64,000 nt of DNA from Rhodosorus marinus CCMP1338 (lineage: Eukaryota; Plantae; Rhodophyta): NCBI GenBank assembly GCA_029953675.1, contig JAMWBK010000002.1:1736001-1800000 (forward strand). Reading direction: 5' to 3'. The notes below the pieces were generated by a model. The model did no database searches, was not told the DNA's origin, and was given only the letters and a program-made list of their open reading frames with translations. This document shows positions 35,890 to 49,164 of the stretch, piece after piece (positions within the stretch are counted from its first letter, which is position 1; every line of letters starts with the position of its first letter). Position numbers and translations under genes: made by a program.

Positions 35890-38800
35890 ATGGCGGAAGC
35901 AACACGAAGGACCAGTCGTCGAGCTGGAACCAGATTGCCTTCTGAGCTTGACGAGACGTATGCGAGCATACGCAGGCTAAAGGCAGCTGGAAAGAGTCGG
36001 CTTGCGGACTACGAGGTAAAAGAAGAGGCACCGCTGTACGACGAGGTAGACGAAGAACAGTACAAACAGATCGCAGAGCAGAAGAGAAAAGAAGCGAAGG
36101 AATTCCTAGTCGGTAAGGTGCAGCTCAGAGGTTTGAAACGCTGAGACTCTGCATTCGCAACGTTTTGGTGTCAAAGTTGTGGGAATTGCATGTTAACGGG
36201 TTTTCTATTCTGCTAATGGTATAGCGTACGACGACTCCGATGGGGGGACTGAGCAGGACTATGACGCGGGGCTGGAGTCAGAGTTTGAATACGAGGAGCA
36301 GGAGTCGTTTTTGCCCCACGTTGGAGGGGAGAAAGCAGTCAGGAAACGAAGAAAGGTTGGAGAGCGCAAGGTTGGAAAGCGGCAGCCTCGAAACGGGCTC
36401 CAGGAGCCCAAGCAGCGTCTAGCTTCTGCGTACTTTAAGGTTGGAGATCAAGACGCTGCTGATACTTCCGACATCAAGCTCAAGGAAGAGCAGGTCGTGG
36501 ACGAATCGGAGTTCCTACTGGAGTCTTTGCTTGATCCTCAATCAAGTCGGCCGAACGAGGAATCGGCGACGTATGCAAACCGAAAGCGAGTGCATCCGAT
36601 TCCCAAGTTCTCAGAGCTGCAGCGAACCGGCGTGTCTACTGCGAAGTTGCGAGAAGCACTGGGACCAGAGCTCGCCCCCCAAACAAAGTCCACACCAGTA
36701 CCGGACGGGGTAGACAGCTACCTGGCACCGCCTCCGTCACTGGGATATGCACCCGAAAGCCATTCCCAAGTATGCCCGCAGCCACAGAGTGTCGAGGGGG
36801 TAAGACGGTCTGCGGCAGGTGTGAAAGACCGCTCTGGGCCCCATCAAAAAGTTTCCGTTGAAGGAGGTGGAGTAGGCACGTCCTCACGCCGATACGCAGA
36901 CAGGAAAACCAGTGAAGTCGCCTTTCAGGATGATATTGCGGACTTCACAGGATCGGATCCAGTGGTCAAACAGGAAAGTGTCGAGGTGACAAACTCGCCA
37001 GTGCTTGCACCCGTGAAAGCAGAGACAGTACCCATCAAGGTTGAAGGACCTGAAAAATCCGCTGTAAAAGCAGGGTGAGCGCTTGTGAATCCAATCCTCG
37101 AAACTTGCTAGAAAGAAACAGACCTGTGGTCTTCGAGTTTCGCTTGTCTAACCTTTTCTCTTGTTGAATGAACAGGAGATCTAGCGGTTCATACCCAGAG
37201 CCAAAGAAGCGCCGAGAAGTGGTCGATCCCAGCGGTGAAAAACCGCAGAATGTGTATCTTGACAAAGATGGCGCGATGCTGTTCTATTGGGTTGACCTTC
37301 ATGAGATCAGAGCTCAAGGTGTGGATCGTCTGTACCTCACGGGAAGGGTGCCTGTGGGGAGCCTCGACGATGATCAGCACGCTTCGATTACCCTCGAGGT
37401 AGGCGGTCTGTACAGGGAGCTCTATTTTCTCCCTAGAGAAGAACTGCTAGGCATCAACGGAACACCATCCGGGAGGAAACCCGATTTGTGGGAGGACGTT
37501 CACTCGGAAGTGGAAGAAGTTTTGTTCCGAGAGGCCCATGTGAAGGAAATTCTTGCCAAGGAAGTTCAACGCTCTTTTCCTTTTGATGATGACAAGGAAC
37601 TGGCTAGACCGAAGTCTTATTTGATGGTAAGCATTTAAGACTGGGCAAGCGATAGGGGGGAAATAGTCCTCCCCGGGCATCGTTCCTGCGCTTAGAGTGT
37701 GACGGCTCCCTTGCCTCACCACCAGGACGAAGCAGCATACCTTCGAAACCGGTACAGCGTTCTTTGACCTGAAGCGCTTCTCGTGCTTTCCCGACTACTA
37801 TTCGAATAGGTTAGGTACCCGATGGAAAAGTATTCCCTGTCGCCTTCTACTGTTGGAAAAAGTTTCTCTCGTGTTTTCGGGACGAGGACCTCTGCCACGG
37901 AGCGTCTGCTGCTTGACCGGGGCTTTAAAGGTCCTTGCTGGCTGCGCATAGAAAACCCGACGCCCATGGAAAACAAGACTGCCTGGACTCGCTTCGCGTA
38001 CATGGTTGACAGCCCGGACAGATTCTGCACGGTCGAGGAGCATCGCGAAGCTCCTCGCTTGTCCGCGCTGTCCCTTAATCTCGTGACTCACGTGTCGGCA
38101 AAGACAAAGGAGGAGGAGATAGTTATGGTAGGAACCAGCCACCGTCGCTATGGGTTAGCATGGGATACGCCTCACAGGCACAGAATCCTTAGGGTTTGTA
38201 TTAATTGCTCACTTTCCATGCTCGCGATTTATTTGCTTTTGCTGGGCCCGAAAGGCGAGCGGATTGTACACGCCTGAACTACCAGTTACAGCAGCTCCAT
38301 CGGTTGAGTACCTGCGTAAGAGCTCTTCGTTTACTGTTATTTGCCCGGGAACACGGCAGGCCATGCCGAAGGTTTCATTTGATTTCGAGAGCGTACCTTC
38401 GGAAGCGGTGCTCTTGAATTTTCTACTAGCGAAGCTGCAGAGGCTGGAACCTGACATACTTGTAGGCCACGACCTGCTCGGGGGTATTGTTGAGAAGCTT
38501 CTGACCCGCATGCGCGTGCGTGGAACTCCGAAGTGGTCCAGGCTGGGCAGGTTGGTGCAGACAAGAAAGCTCACCGAGGTCTTTGGGACGAACAAAAGCA
38601 TGTTTGCACGGGCCTCGTCCGTATCCGCCGCTATTTCCGGAAGACTACCGTGTGATACATACATTCAAGCCAAGGAACTGCTCCCCAAGGCGAAGGACTA
38701 CTCACTCGCCGCGCTAGCGGAGGGGGAACTGAAAGAGCTTGTGCCTTCATTGAAATCGAAAGCAATATCCGATATGCTGTTGACCGTAGATGGGGTAACT

Positions 38801-41120
38801 GAGCTTGTGAGTGCGTCTGAAAGGCGAACCGAGGCCGCGCTGAAGCTCGCTGTACACTTGTCCATCATACCGCTCACTAAGCAACTGACCAACCTCTCTG
38901 GCAATGTATGGTCGAGGACTCTACGCGGAATGAGGGCCGAAAGGATAGAGTATCTCCTCTCTCACGAATTCTCAAAAGAGAGTGTGAGCGGGCTTGTGGA
39001 TGTTAAGTTTATCCTGCCGGACAAACTTCGAAAATCGGACAAACCAACAACAGCCACTGGCACGACAACCACGACCACGTCGAGGAGGAAAGCACAGTAC
39101 GCTGGGGGGCTTGTATTGGAGCCAAAGAGAGGCCTTTACGATCACCACATTCTGCAGCTGGACTTCAACTCCCTGTATCCGTCAATTATACAGGAGTACA
39201 ATATCTGTTTTACGACGGTGCAGCAAGATCCTGAGGAGCAGGCGAAGATCAAACTACCTGAAGCCTCGGAGAAGGAGGGGATTTTACCACGGGTACTACG
39301 TCGGTTGGTTGAACAGAGAAGGTCCGTAAAGTTACAGATGAAGTCGACGAAGAATCCCCTTTTACAAAAGCAGCTTGAAACCCGGCAGCTGGCGTTAAAG
39401 CTGACTGCGAACTCAATTTATGGATGCCTGGGCTTCGAGAATTCGAGATACTTCGCTCAACCAATGGCTGAGATGGTCACAGCTCAAGGCAGAGACACGC
39501 TAATGAAGACAGTGGACCTCGCGCGGGACAAGCAGATGGACGTCATTTATGGAGACACGGACTCGCTCTTCATTAATACTGGATTGACCGAATTACCTAT
39601 GGTCATTGCGCAAGGAGCAGATCTGAAGAAGGAAGTCAACCGCAGGTACAGAACCCTAGAGATCGAGGTCGACGGAGTATACGTTAAGATGCTGCTCCTT
39701 CGGAAGAAGAAATACGCGGCAATGCGAATCCAGAATTTGAGGAAGCCAGACCATCTTGTGAGAGAAGTAAAAGGACTAGATCTAGTCCGTCACGATTGGT
39801 GCGATCTCTCCCACGAGGCGTCGGAATATTCGTTGCAGCAGATATTGGGAAGTGGGCTACGCCCGGACGATGCGGTTGCCAACATTCTTGATTTCCTCAC
39901 CCAGCTCTCGGAGAAGGTCCGAAGCAATAGGCTGTCCCTGAAAAAGTACATCATCACGAAGTCGTTGACCAAAATGCCTGAGGAGTACCCAGATGCAAAT
40001 TCGACCCCGCACGTCAAGGTACAAAATCACCCAGTAGTTACGAGAGGGAAGAGGACGCGAGTTTCGCTAAACTGTCAATTGTTTAGGAACAGTAGATCCT
40101 GAGTAGCTTCAGAATTCTTTTTTAGAACCTGAACACTCACGCCAGCTTTCGCTTTCTTTTTCAACATTCGCCCGTGTGGATCAGGTTGCATTGCGCGCTA
40201 AACAATTTGGCAAAGCGTTCAGAACCGGGGACTATGTCCAGTATGTCATTTGTAAGAATGGTGACCAGGACAAATCTGACACTTTGGCAAATAGGGCCTT
40301 TCACCCGGATGAGGTGATTGCGTCAAATGGAGAGTTGATTGTGGACGTTGAATGGTACTTGAGCAACCAAGTCCTTCCACCCGTTGATAGACTGTGTGAC
40401 CCGATAGAAGGCGTGCACGCAGTTCACCTGGCAGAGGCGCTCAAACTCGACACAAGAAACTACCGCCACACAAATCCTGCGGACCTCTCCTTTAGCAATA
40501 ATCATGCGGATGCCGAGTTTGGGAACGCGCAGGGCTCAAACCCGGAGGATCGATTTTACAATTGCGATGACTGGATCGTCACCTGCCCTACGTGCTCAAC
40601 GGAGACACCATTTCACGGCATCAAACTGGAGGAGAAACGTGTGGTGGATTGGGGCATCACCTGTCCATGTGGGGAAGAGTACCCTGAGATCTCACTAAGG
40701 CGTCAGCTGCAATATCAGCTGAGAATCTGGGTTGGGAGATACTACTTGACGCCGAAGGAGGAAAGGATGGACGATGGGTCGGTGCAACTGCTTACATACC
40801 CAGGTTTGCACAGCGACGGAACCGTAGAGAGAAAGCTGAACGCTAGATGGCTGTATCTGCAGTTTCGGTATATGCTCTGGCTCTTCGACTCGAGGAAAGG
40901 ACTGGACGACCAGTCCGAAACCAGGGAGAGACTGCAACCTGCGACTGCGGTTGTTAATTACAAGAAGGAGGACGCAACCGTTCGCGCCCTGTACTTGGGG
41001 TTGTCCAGGCAGGTGGAAAACGTTTTCAGGCGCAACGCTTACCGGTACATCGACCTTGCTGAGTTGCTCGCGTCCTTGAACATCAAATCAAGTTCCAGAG
41101 AGGATGTACCAACCAGATGA
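35890..41120 (+). CDS. POLA1: DNA polymerase alpha catalytic subunit; join(35890..36112,36225..37074,37176..37626,37810..38127,38255..40018,40185..41120)
   Basis: N-terminal LYDEVDEEQY, FSRVFGTRTSATERLLLDRGFKGPCWL, DILVGHD, YAGGLVLEPKRG, motif A LDFNSLYPSIIQEYNICFTT, motif B KLTANSIYGCLG, motif C YGDTDS, KKKYAA, KGLDLVRHDW and YLSNQVLPPVDRLC. Confidence 0.97.
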
Positions 41121-42263
41121 GAGCTGGGACCCGAGACGGAGTGAATGCAGTGACTTTTCTGAAAGATTTTGGCTTATATTACTTGACTTGTTGAAATAAT
41201 AGATAAGAATTCTAAATACTGATTATAACGCACAAGGAGCGTGAAAGACAATTCCAAAGGCCAGCATGCGCCGCGATGAGTCCGGTCACTCACATCTTCA
41301 GGCGGGACGTTAAACCAACGAACACGCACACCCCGAGGACTGAAAGTGGTGATGTTTGCATCTTCTAACAGTCTCCGATTATCCCCGCCCTGTGCAACGA
41401 AACACCCTATCAATCGAGGCGACGCAGAGTCGGGAGACCTCGAGCCGAGGCCGAAACACAACCCGACAAATCAAAAAATGTGCCTCGGTGTCAATTCTGC
41501 TCCCTGGAGATTGAAATATATATAATAGGCGCAGTAGCTCATGAGTTCGTCCCCCCCACCCCACCCACCCCCCAGCTGCTGAGCAGGCAGAGAGGCAGAA
41601 GAGCTCCTACTCGCTGGTCTGCTACCAAGAGCAGTCGGGTCGAGTGCTTCAAAGATCAATACGAAAATGATCACAATTCATTCTCAGCACAGGAGGTAAA
41701 ACCATCCTGGAAGTAGTTTTTCGGACCAGGAACAGCTGCGGTTCGCGCTCCAAACGACAGAAATTTCCACCGTGCGTTGCCGGTATGATTTCGTCAGGGA
41801 ACGCATGGGAGAAACAACGAATCTGACGTGTAGCAGAATACTCGACTTTATAGAGCTCTGTCTCTAACATGGTCTTGCTCTCGCCATCCTGCACTAGACG
41901 GCAGCTATCCACAACCATCTCAGAAAACAACCTTGACGGCTATCCAACAACGCTGCGGGCGGATATGCTCGATGCCGTGGGCAATTCCATGTTGGATTTG
42001 ACGAACATGGGCTGGAGCCCCAGTTTCCTTGGTTTCAGCTCTCGACTTGAATGGGGTTTGGCATATAGACGCCGAACGCTAGGAAGCCAAGCTAGTCCTG
42101 TGCTGCTGTAGATTTATGGGGGAGATGATAGAGCCAAGATAGTATTCCCCTGAGACTTGAAAGGGCTTTGGAAGCGGGGTGCCGAACGCTGGTGTTCTTG
42201 TGTGCGGGAAGCGCGTTTGACTATTCTCAACTGGGTGTTGGTGTTGTGTTCTCGAGTTTTTAA

Positions 42264-43583
42264 ATGGCGTTCGTTTTCGGGGTAGATACTTGCGGGGTGC
42301 TCAACGACCGTAAAATCTCGATCCGCAGCAGAATCAATAGAGCGAAGAAGCGTGATGTGAAGATGGGAGGTACGGCTGCTGGGGTTCCCGGCACGAGCGA
42401 GTACTCCCGAAACATGCGGGCAAGGCTGGACGAGCTTAGCTGCTGCGAGAACAGTGCAATGGACGAGCTGTGGGAGGACATGCAGGATGAGGGTATCTTA
42501 GCTGCGAACGACGAACCTCTGCTCGCGTCCTTCCTATTTGCAACCATTCTGAACCAAAAAACTTTCATAGACGCACTTGCCTTTCATTTAGCAAACAAGC
42601 TCTCCGGGTGAGCTCTTGCCGGACAATGCTACTAAGTCGTTGCCGACAAACTACACACACCAGCGACCACGACCTAACTCGCACGGTTTTTTTCTTTTTT
42701 CCTTACACTCATATTCCAGGCCGTCAATGCCCAACACGCTTCTGCTTCAGCTGATCAAAGAGGTGATGGAGGATGGTGAAGTCAAGCATGCTGTTCGAAT
42801 GGACCTGCTCGCAATCATGGAACGGGATCCTGCGTGCACAAGGTTCATAGACCCGTTCCTGTACTACAAGGGGTTCCATGCGCTACAGGGATACAGGGTC
42901 GCCCACGCACTTTGGAACCAAAACCGACGACCCCTAGCGTACTTCCTACAATCCCAGATCTCAAAGGAGCTCCAAGTGGACATCCACCCCAACGCCAAGA
43001 TTGGGGCAGGAACATTCATTGACCATGCAACTGGAGTTGTGATTGGAGAGACTGCCGTTCTTGGTGACAACGTGAGTTTGCTTCATCAGGTCACTCTCGG
43101 TGGTTCAGGACTTAGAGACGGCGATCGCCACCCGAAAATTGGGGACGGAGTTCTTATTGGTGCTGGAGCTACTCTGGTTGGAGATATTAACATTGGAGAA
43201 GGAACCCAAGTTGGAGCGTAAGTACCGCTTTCAGTACCGATTCTCGTGCCTGGTCTACCGCCTGACACGCCTTACCTCGTTTGTCACCTTGTAGTGGTTC
43301 AATGGTCTATTCAGACATACCCTCCCACGTCACCGCAGTGGTAAGTGCATGATTCAGAGAAAGTCTGGAATTGTTCACGCATCATCTGTTTCAGTCCATC
43401 CTTGCTAGCGGGGAACTTCCTGACGCTTCTTTTTTTTTTGTTGACGATTGCTTGCTCTTCGTTTGTGTTGAACAGGGTGTTCCAGCGAGAATAGTGGGAA
43501 AGCCAAGGACGCAGCAACCAGCGAAGGAAATGAACCAGGACATTTCAGGGGACGCAAAGGCGCCGGCAGCAGAAATTCGTTGA
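42264..43583 (+). CDS. cysE: Serine O-acetyltransferase, plastid-targeted; join(42264..42607,42720..43217,43295..43340,43476..43583)
   Basis: MAFV transit peptide, ERDPAC, YKGFHALQGYRVAH, VDIHPNAKIG..FIDHATGVVIGETA, hexapeptide repeats, RHPKIG and GVPARIVG. Confidence 0.96.
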
Positions 43584-45086
43584 AACATATTTGCCTATCC
43601 GTTTCCCTCAAGCGATGCAATCTCTACCTCGCCTGGTCAGATGCTTTTAGAAATTCAGAGGACGTCGGCAAGCGTTCCCAAGGCCCAACGTCCTCTTTCG
43701 TTTCATGAGGGGGTCTCATTGATCCTATTATCCCTCTTGTACATTCCAACCAGCGTGCCTGAGAGAATACCATTCTCCCCAAAGATTTGTTGTCAGAATT
43801 TATAAAATCTCGCCACTCCAGCTGTTCAATCGTGCGCGGCAGTTCTCAGAGTGCTATGTTCCCCAGCGTCAAGCACTGCAAGGAAGCTCTGGAACCCTGT
43901 CGACTTGAGCCTCAGGTGTTCAAACTGTCGCAATACATTGCGAGCCCTCACCTACGGCCTGGTGTTTTGTTCCGAAAGCGTAGGGGAGTTGGTCCCACGC
44001 ATCCATCTCGGCGACACTCTCAAGGGGCTCAGGTGCTAATGCAAGTCTTCACCCAGAGCTGAACACGCACATACAGAATTTTGAGTATCGAAGTACCCAA
44101 GTCACAAGTTCACTTGGGCACAACGCTCTCACAGTTCGGAGGTCTGGCATGGAGTATACGTGATCCCAGTCGTCGCGATTAGGTATCAGGGGCAATTGCT
44201 CCTGCTGCAAGTGGCGAAGGGCTTCTGGACATTCTTCTCCCAGTTTCCTCGCACCTGTAGTCTGAAAATGATCCGCCGCCCAACTACAAAGTCGTGACGA
44301 TTGAGAGTACGATTTTTCGTGGCCAGATTTTTAATTGCATGCGGCAAGTCTGGGGGAACTCTCCTCGATAAAAACACCAATGCCCCAATCAACTAGCGCA
44401 ATTCGAAACTGCGAATTCCCTCGAACTCCAGCATTCCCCAGACACCGAAGACTACGATGGAGTCTGATGGGGTTAGAAGAATTCTAGACGGACCTGGGGT
44501 CAAGTACCCAAGACTTCCGCCTCAATGTGTAAGCGTCATTGCTGAGGTATCGACGAGGACGAATTGTCCCCTTTCCCACCCTGCCCTGTAATCATCAGGT
44601 TTCCTCTGTGTCAGAAAACGGCAATTCATATTGAGAGCAATTTGCCCTCGTCTTCAAAAAGGGCCTCCGCAGACTGAGCAGGCTGAAGAGGGTTTTGGCG
44701 TTCAAGAAAGGGAGTTCTGCTTGAGCGTCAGAGTCGGTAGGAGTGTGCTAAGACTTGAGAAAATTGGCCAAGAGAAGGGTTTGATCTTGTTTGATAAGCG
44801 CAGTTTGCTGTGTGGTTGAGCATCCCCAAGTTGTGAGTATGCTAAGACGGCGTAGAAACCGAGGGAGCATTCGCTAGATTTTTTGGTGTGCCTGCTTCGC
44901 TACGTGCTCTAGTCCGGCTTGGTGGGATACCTTGGTTCTTCTTTTACTAGGAAACATATTGCTTGCGCTTTATTTAAGAACGAGGCACAGACGCTTGGTC
45001 GGTCCGTGGGCAGGCGGAGGGTTGGAATTCTGGCTGTTGTTCTTCTTTTTGGTTGCTTGATGGAGATTAGGTAACGCGGCGGAAAT

Positions 45087-47848
45087 ATGGCTGACGTTGA
45101 AGACGGTGAGTTGCTAGAAGGTCGCAGTGGTAGACGAGGGAGCGACAAGGATGAACGTGGATCAAGGAAGGAGGGTCGAGAGGCACATGGAGACTATTCT
45201 TCAAGTAGGAGAAAGGATGGAAGACGGTCCAGATATAGGGAGCTGAGAAGGTCGCACTCAAGGGACCGATACAGGGACAGGAGGAGGCCTAGCGATCGCC
45301 TAGATAGACGAGATTATCGCAGGGATCGGGACGACCGGGAACGACGGGCCAGAGACAACGATCGTCATCGCGAGTTTCAGAGGGAATTGGATACAGGTCG
45401 CAGGAAAAACGTACGTTACAAACCGGATAGAGACCGCGTACAGGTTGAAGACCAGGGCTCGCGATTTCGCAAAAGAGCAGTGGAAAATCGTGAAAACCGA
45501 GGACCGGAAGATAAGAAGGCCAGATCAGATCTGCCCTTAGATGCTCCATCTAGAGAAGAGCAGGCTGTCCGAGACAAAGACGTTGAACGCTCCGAGGAAG
45601 AGAAACTACGGTCTTCTAGCGAAGACGAACTCGGCAATCCTGGAGAGGAAGTTGACCTGTTCGATGAGGAGACAGCCGAAGAGAAGCTCATTAGGGAAAG
45701 GAAGGAGAGGAGGGAGCGCCTCATTGAAAAGCTGAAAAGAGAAAAGGAGGACCAAAACGAAAATACAGCCATAGGTCACAGTCAACCAAATCCCATGGAG
45801 CTGGACTTGGTTGAAAAGACATCGGTGGTTGACAAAAACACAATTGTCGTGCCCCTCTCCACACAGGATGCGGATCGGGATGATTCAAACCACTCCTCTT
45901 TGGAGGACTCCGCAATGCCTAGAAAGGATGCGGAAAGCAAGTTGCAGCTAACTGGACAGAGCTCATCTGAGCAAGCCGGGTCAAGCGCTGACGAGAAAAC
46001 GAGAATTCGGGACAGCCTCCTTCGAATGCGGGAAATGGCACAAGATGAAGAGATCCTGCCTGTCGACAATCGAAGAAAGGACGAATCCAATACCTCAGCG
46101 CACATGTTCGACATGTTCTCTGACTCCCCCGTAGATGAATTAGGCGACTCCGCCCTTCCGACTTCCAAATTGGTGAGATCGTCTTGCTAGAGTTTCCTAT
46201 CTAAGCCGACACTGGCCTTTCACTGAATACGATTGACCTCTTCGTCCTCGTCTGCAATCCTCCCTTCGGCTCTGTAGGTGAATGCAGGCGCCGGAAACGT
46301 GGACGCGACTGATACAGAAGGCTACTACGTTTTCCGTCCCGGAGAGTTACTCGAGGGAAGGTAAGAATCTTGGATTTCTGTTTGCTTGCTTGTTGGCGTG
46401 AAAACCACGTACACATCAAAAAGAGGAGGGCAGGGGGGGTTTGAGCGGACACATGGCAGCAATCTGGATTCTTACACTCCTTCTGCGATATCGTTTTTCG
46501 ATAGATACCGCGTGATGAATACGATGGGAAAGGGAGTCTTTTCCACCGTAATACGAGCACAAGATGTTCGATCGCAGCAAGACTTCGCAGTAAAGGCTAT
46601 TCGAAACAACGACGTGATGCTTCGCGCTGGCCAAAAGGAAATCGCGATCCTGAAGAAGCTGAACGAAACAGACCCTCAGGGAAAGCGACACTGCGTGAAA
46701 TTTCTCGAGTAAGTCTAGAGCCTACGCAACTGTCAACTGAAACCAGATAGGAGCTACAACCGCTCATGCTAAACTTGACCTCTGTTTCAACATTTCAGAT
46801 CGTTTCAGCACAAAGGCCATCTCTGCTTAGTATTTGAGTGCCTCGACGTCAACCTGCGAGAGCTCTTGAGGAAGTACGGATCCGGAAGGGGGATATCCAT
46901 GCAAGGTGTGCGAATTTACGCCAGTCAAATGCTTTCCGCTCTCTATTTGCTGCAAAAGAACAAGGTTATCCATGCGGATATAAAACCGGACAATATCATG
47001 GTGACGAAGACAAAGAACGCCATCAAGCTGGGAGATTTCGGTAGTGCGTTCACCACTGATGAAGGCATGGACGTGACGCCGTACTTGGTTAGCCGCTTCT
47101 ACCGAGCACCAGAAATCGTGCTAGGCCTTCCTTATGGTAATTGTTGCATTTTAAGCCCGTTTTGGTATTGGCGAATGAGCGGTCGTCCGATAGCGGCTCC
47201 CAAGCCTGTTGGAACACCACAAGTCACTTGGTTCCCTATTACCCTGGTACTAGGCGAAACTGGATCCGTCTTTGAGCCTGTTAAAAAGTGGTCTCCATTG
47301 TTTATTGCGTTTTGCTCATGCGGAACAGGCCACCCAATTGACATCTGGTCTCTTGGATGCTGTCTATTTGAGCTGTATACGGGGAAAATTGCGTTCCCTG
47401 GCAGAAGCAACAACGAAATGCTGAAACTGTTCCAGGAGGTGTGCGGAGCGATTCCGAACAAACTGATTCGAAAGGCACAATTCAGAGAAAACCACTATGA
47501 CTCGAGCTTCAGATTCATTCAGGTGAGGGAAAAAGCTGATATTTGTCGGATCTGGTTTCGCGAGATCTCAATGCTTGACACCCTCATCCGTGTCTAATGT
47601 TCTTCGCTGCTTAACGTTTTCAGAGGGAGATCGATCCTGTGTCTAAAGCAGAAGTGGAGCGTGTTGTTGCTGTTCCTCAGAGACCGGCGAGGGACCTTAA
47701 AGACGCAATGCTGGCCGCCGCAGAGCCCAGTGAGAAGAAGCATGCTGCGCTTTTGAGTGACTTGCTCGATAAGATGTTTGTTGTCGATCCAAGCCGGAGA
47801 ATCTCTGTACTTAATGCTCTGAAACATGACCTTTTCAAGCCCAGTTGA
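45087..47848 (+). CDS. PRPF4B: Pre-mRNA splicing kinase PRP4; join(45087..46172,46278..46360,46505..46708,46799..47136,47329..47522,47624..47848)
   Basis: RS/RD-rich N-terminus, DMFSDSP, D-x-EGYY...GELL, GKGVFSTV, AVKAIRNN, HADIKPDN, DFGSA, TPYLVSRFYRAPE and IDIWSLGC. Confidence 0.95.
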
Positions 47849-48071
47849 TAATTATTGTGAGAGGGATCAGCCATAAGTAGGTAGTATCAACGGTGGCGCA
47901 GTGTAAAGAACATCATGGCCATGGAACCCTTTTCAAGTGTTAATAAGGGGGGACGAATACCTGCAGGAGTATTTTGCGCCCCAATCAAGGTTGTCGTATT
48001 CCAAAACTAAAAATCATCAGCGGGGCAAACGGGGATCTCTATTTCCGGTGGGCTTGCGTTTTGCCAGTGAA

Positions 48072-49164
48072 TCACCATGGAAGGTCGCAGCCGGGCTTCA
48101 TATTTTCCGGATCTTTCAACGCATAGTATCCAAGGCCAAGTCCTTTGGAGCCCATAGCCGAAACGAATCTACCGGTTGTTTCTAGCTCAAGCCTAGCAAC
48201 GCAATCCACAATAAATGGAGCTGCTTCGTGGGGGAACACGGCTCCAAACTCTTCGTACTTGTCCGCGTACTTGTCAGCTAAGTAAAAAAAAAAAATCGAG
48301 TGATCATGGTTAAAAACTGTTCTTGTGGTGCTTCTCCCGACCAGAGGGTACGCATTTCAGCAGCGTCGAAGTTTACCTGTCATCTCCGTCTTCATAAAAC
48401 CTGGGTGAATCATGACGACTGGTACTCCGTGTGGCTTTAGATCATAAGACAACATCAAACACATCATGTTCTGAGCTGCCTTTGAACCATGGTGACCGTA
48501 GTTTCCACCTCCCTCCCTTTCTGTTCTGAGACCCATCGAACCCCCTTCAGACGTGATAAAGCCGACCCTGCTTCCGCTCTTCAAGCTGCCTCCGGAATAC
48601 AGTCCGTCCACATACCTTTGTCGAGGGAAGTATTTGAAAAAGCTTAACACCTCAGAAGTTTGCCGACTGATAAGCAAATCAAGTCAAACTCGATAGCTAA
48701 CCGGATTGGCCCGATGGCACAGATCTCGAACATCTTCAGCTGCTCATCCCGACTCATGTTGCCGAGACACTCAGTAGTGAAATATCCCGCGATCACCATC
48801 ACTGTGTCAAAAACCTCACCACCCAGCTTCGATACCAGGTTCTTAGGTCCGTCAGGATCGCGCATATCTACTCCCTCAAGCACTTGGACATCCAATTCGC
48901 TAAGCTTTGGGGTGACCTTCCTACACGTAACAAAAACCTAACCAACGACGCGGCAAGAGCTCGATCAATCCTAGATCCAGATGTGAGTCCTTGAACAAGC
49001 ATGCTTGCAACAAATTTTTATAAGCTGGAAATCCTGCTCAGTACCTTGCAGCCTCCCTTCACAAATGCCTCGGTGATGGCAGTTCCAAGACCCCCAGTTC
49101 CCCCGATGACTAGGACCGTCCCAAATGTCTTTCCATAATCAGAATTTGGTAGTAATGGCTCCAT
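48072..49164 (-). CDS. Atypical short-chain dehydrogenase/reductase (CsgA-like); complement(join(48072..48277,48377..48615,48702..48937,49045..49164))
   Basis: Rossmann VLVIGGTGGLG, MFEICAIGPIR, FITSEGGS, NYGHHGSKAA, DLKPHGVPVVMIHPGFMKTEMT and a terminal LPW. Three GT-AG introns keep the frame. Confidence 0.88.

Noticed and set aside
41174-42111. Several short ORFs between POLA1 and cysE, including ILDFIELCL (faintly Penelope-RT-like)
   Set aside because: The match is too short, is surrounded by stops and has no supporting RT motifs.
5304-43583. Opine dehydrogenase, GST and serine acetyltransferase as a sulfur/taurine gene cluster
   Set aside because: They are spread over about 38 kb and separated by unrelated housekeeping genes, with no shared regulatory motif seen.
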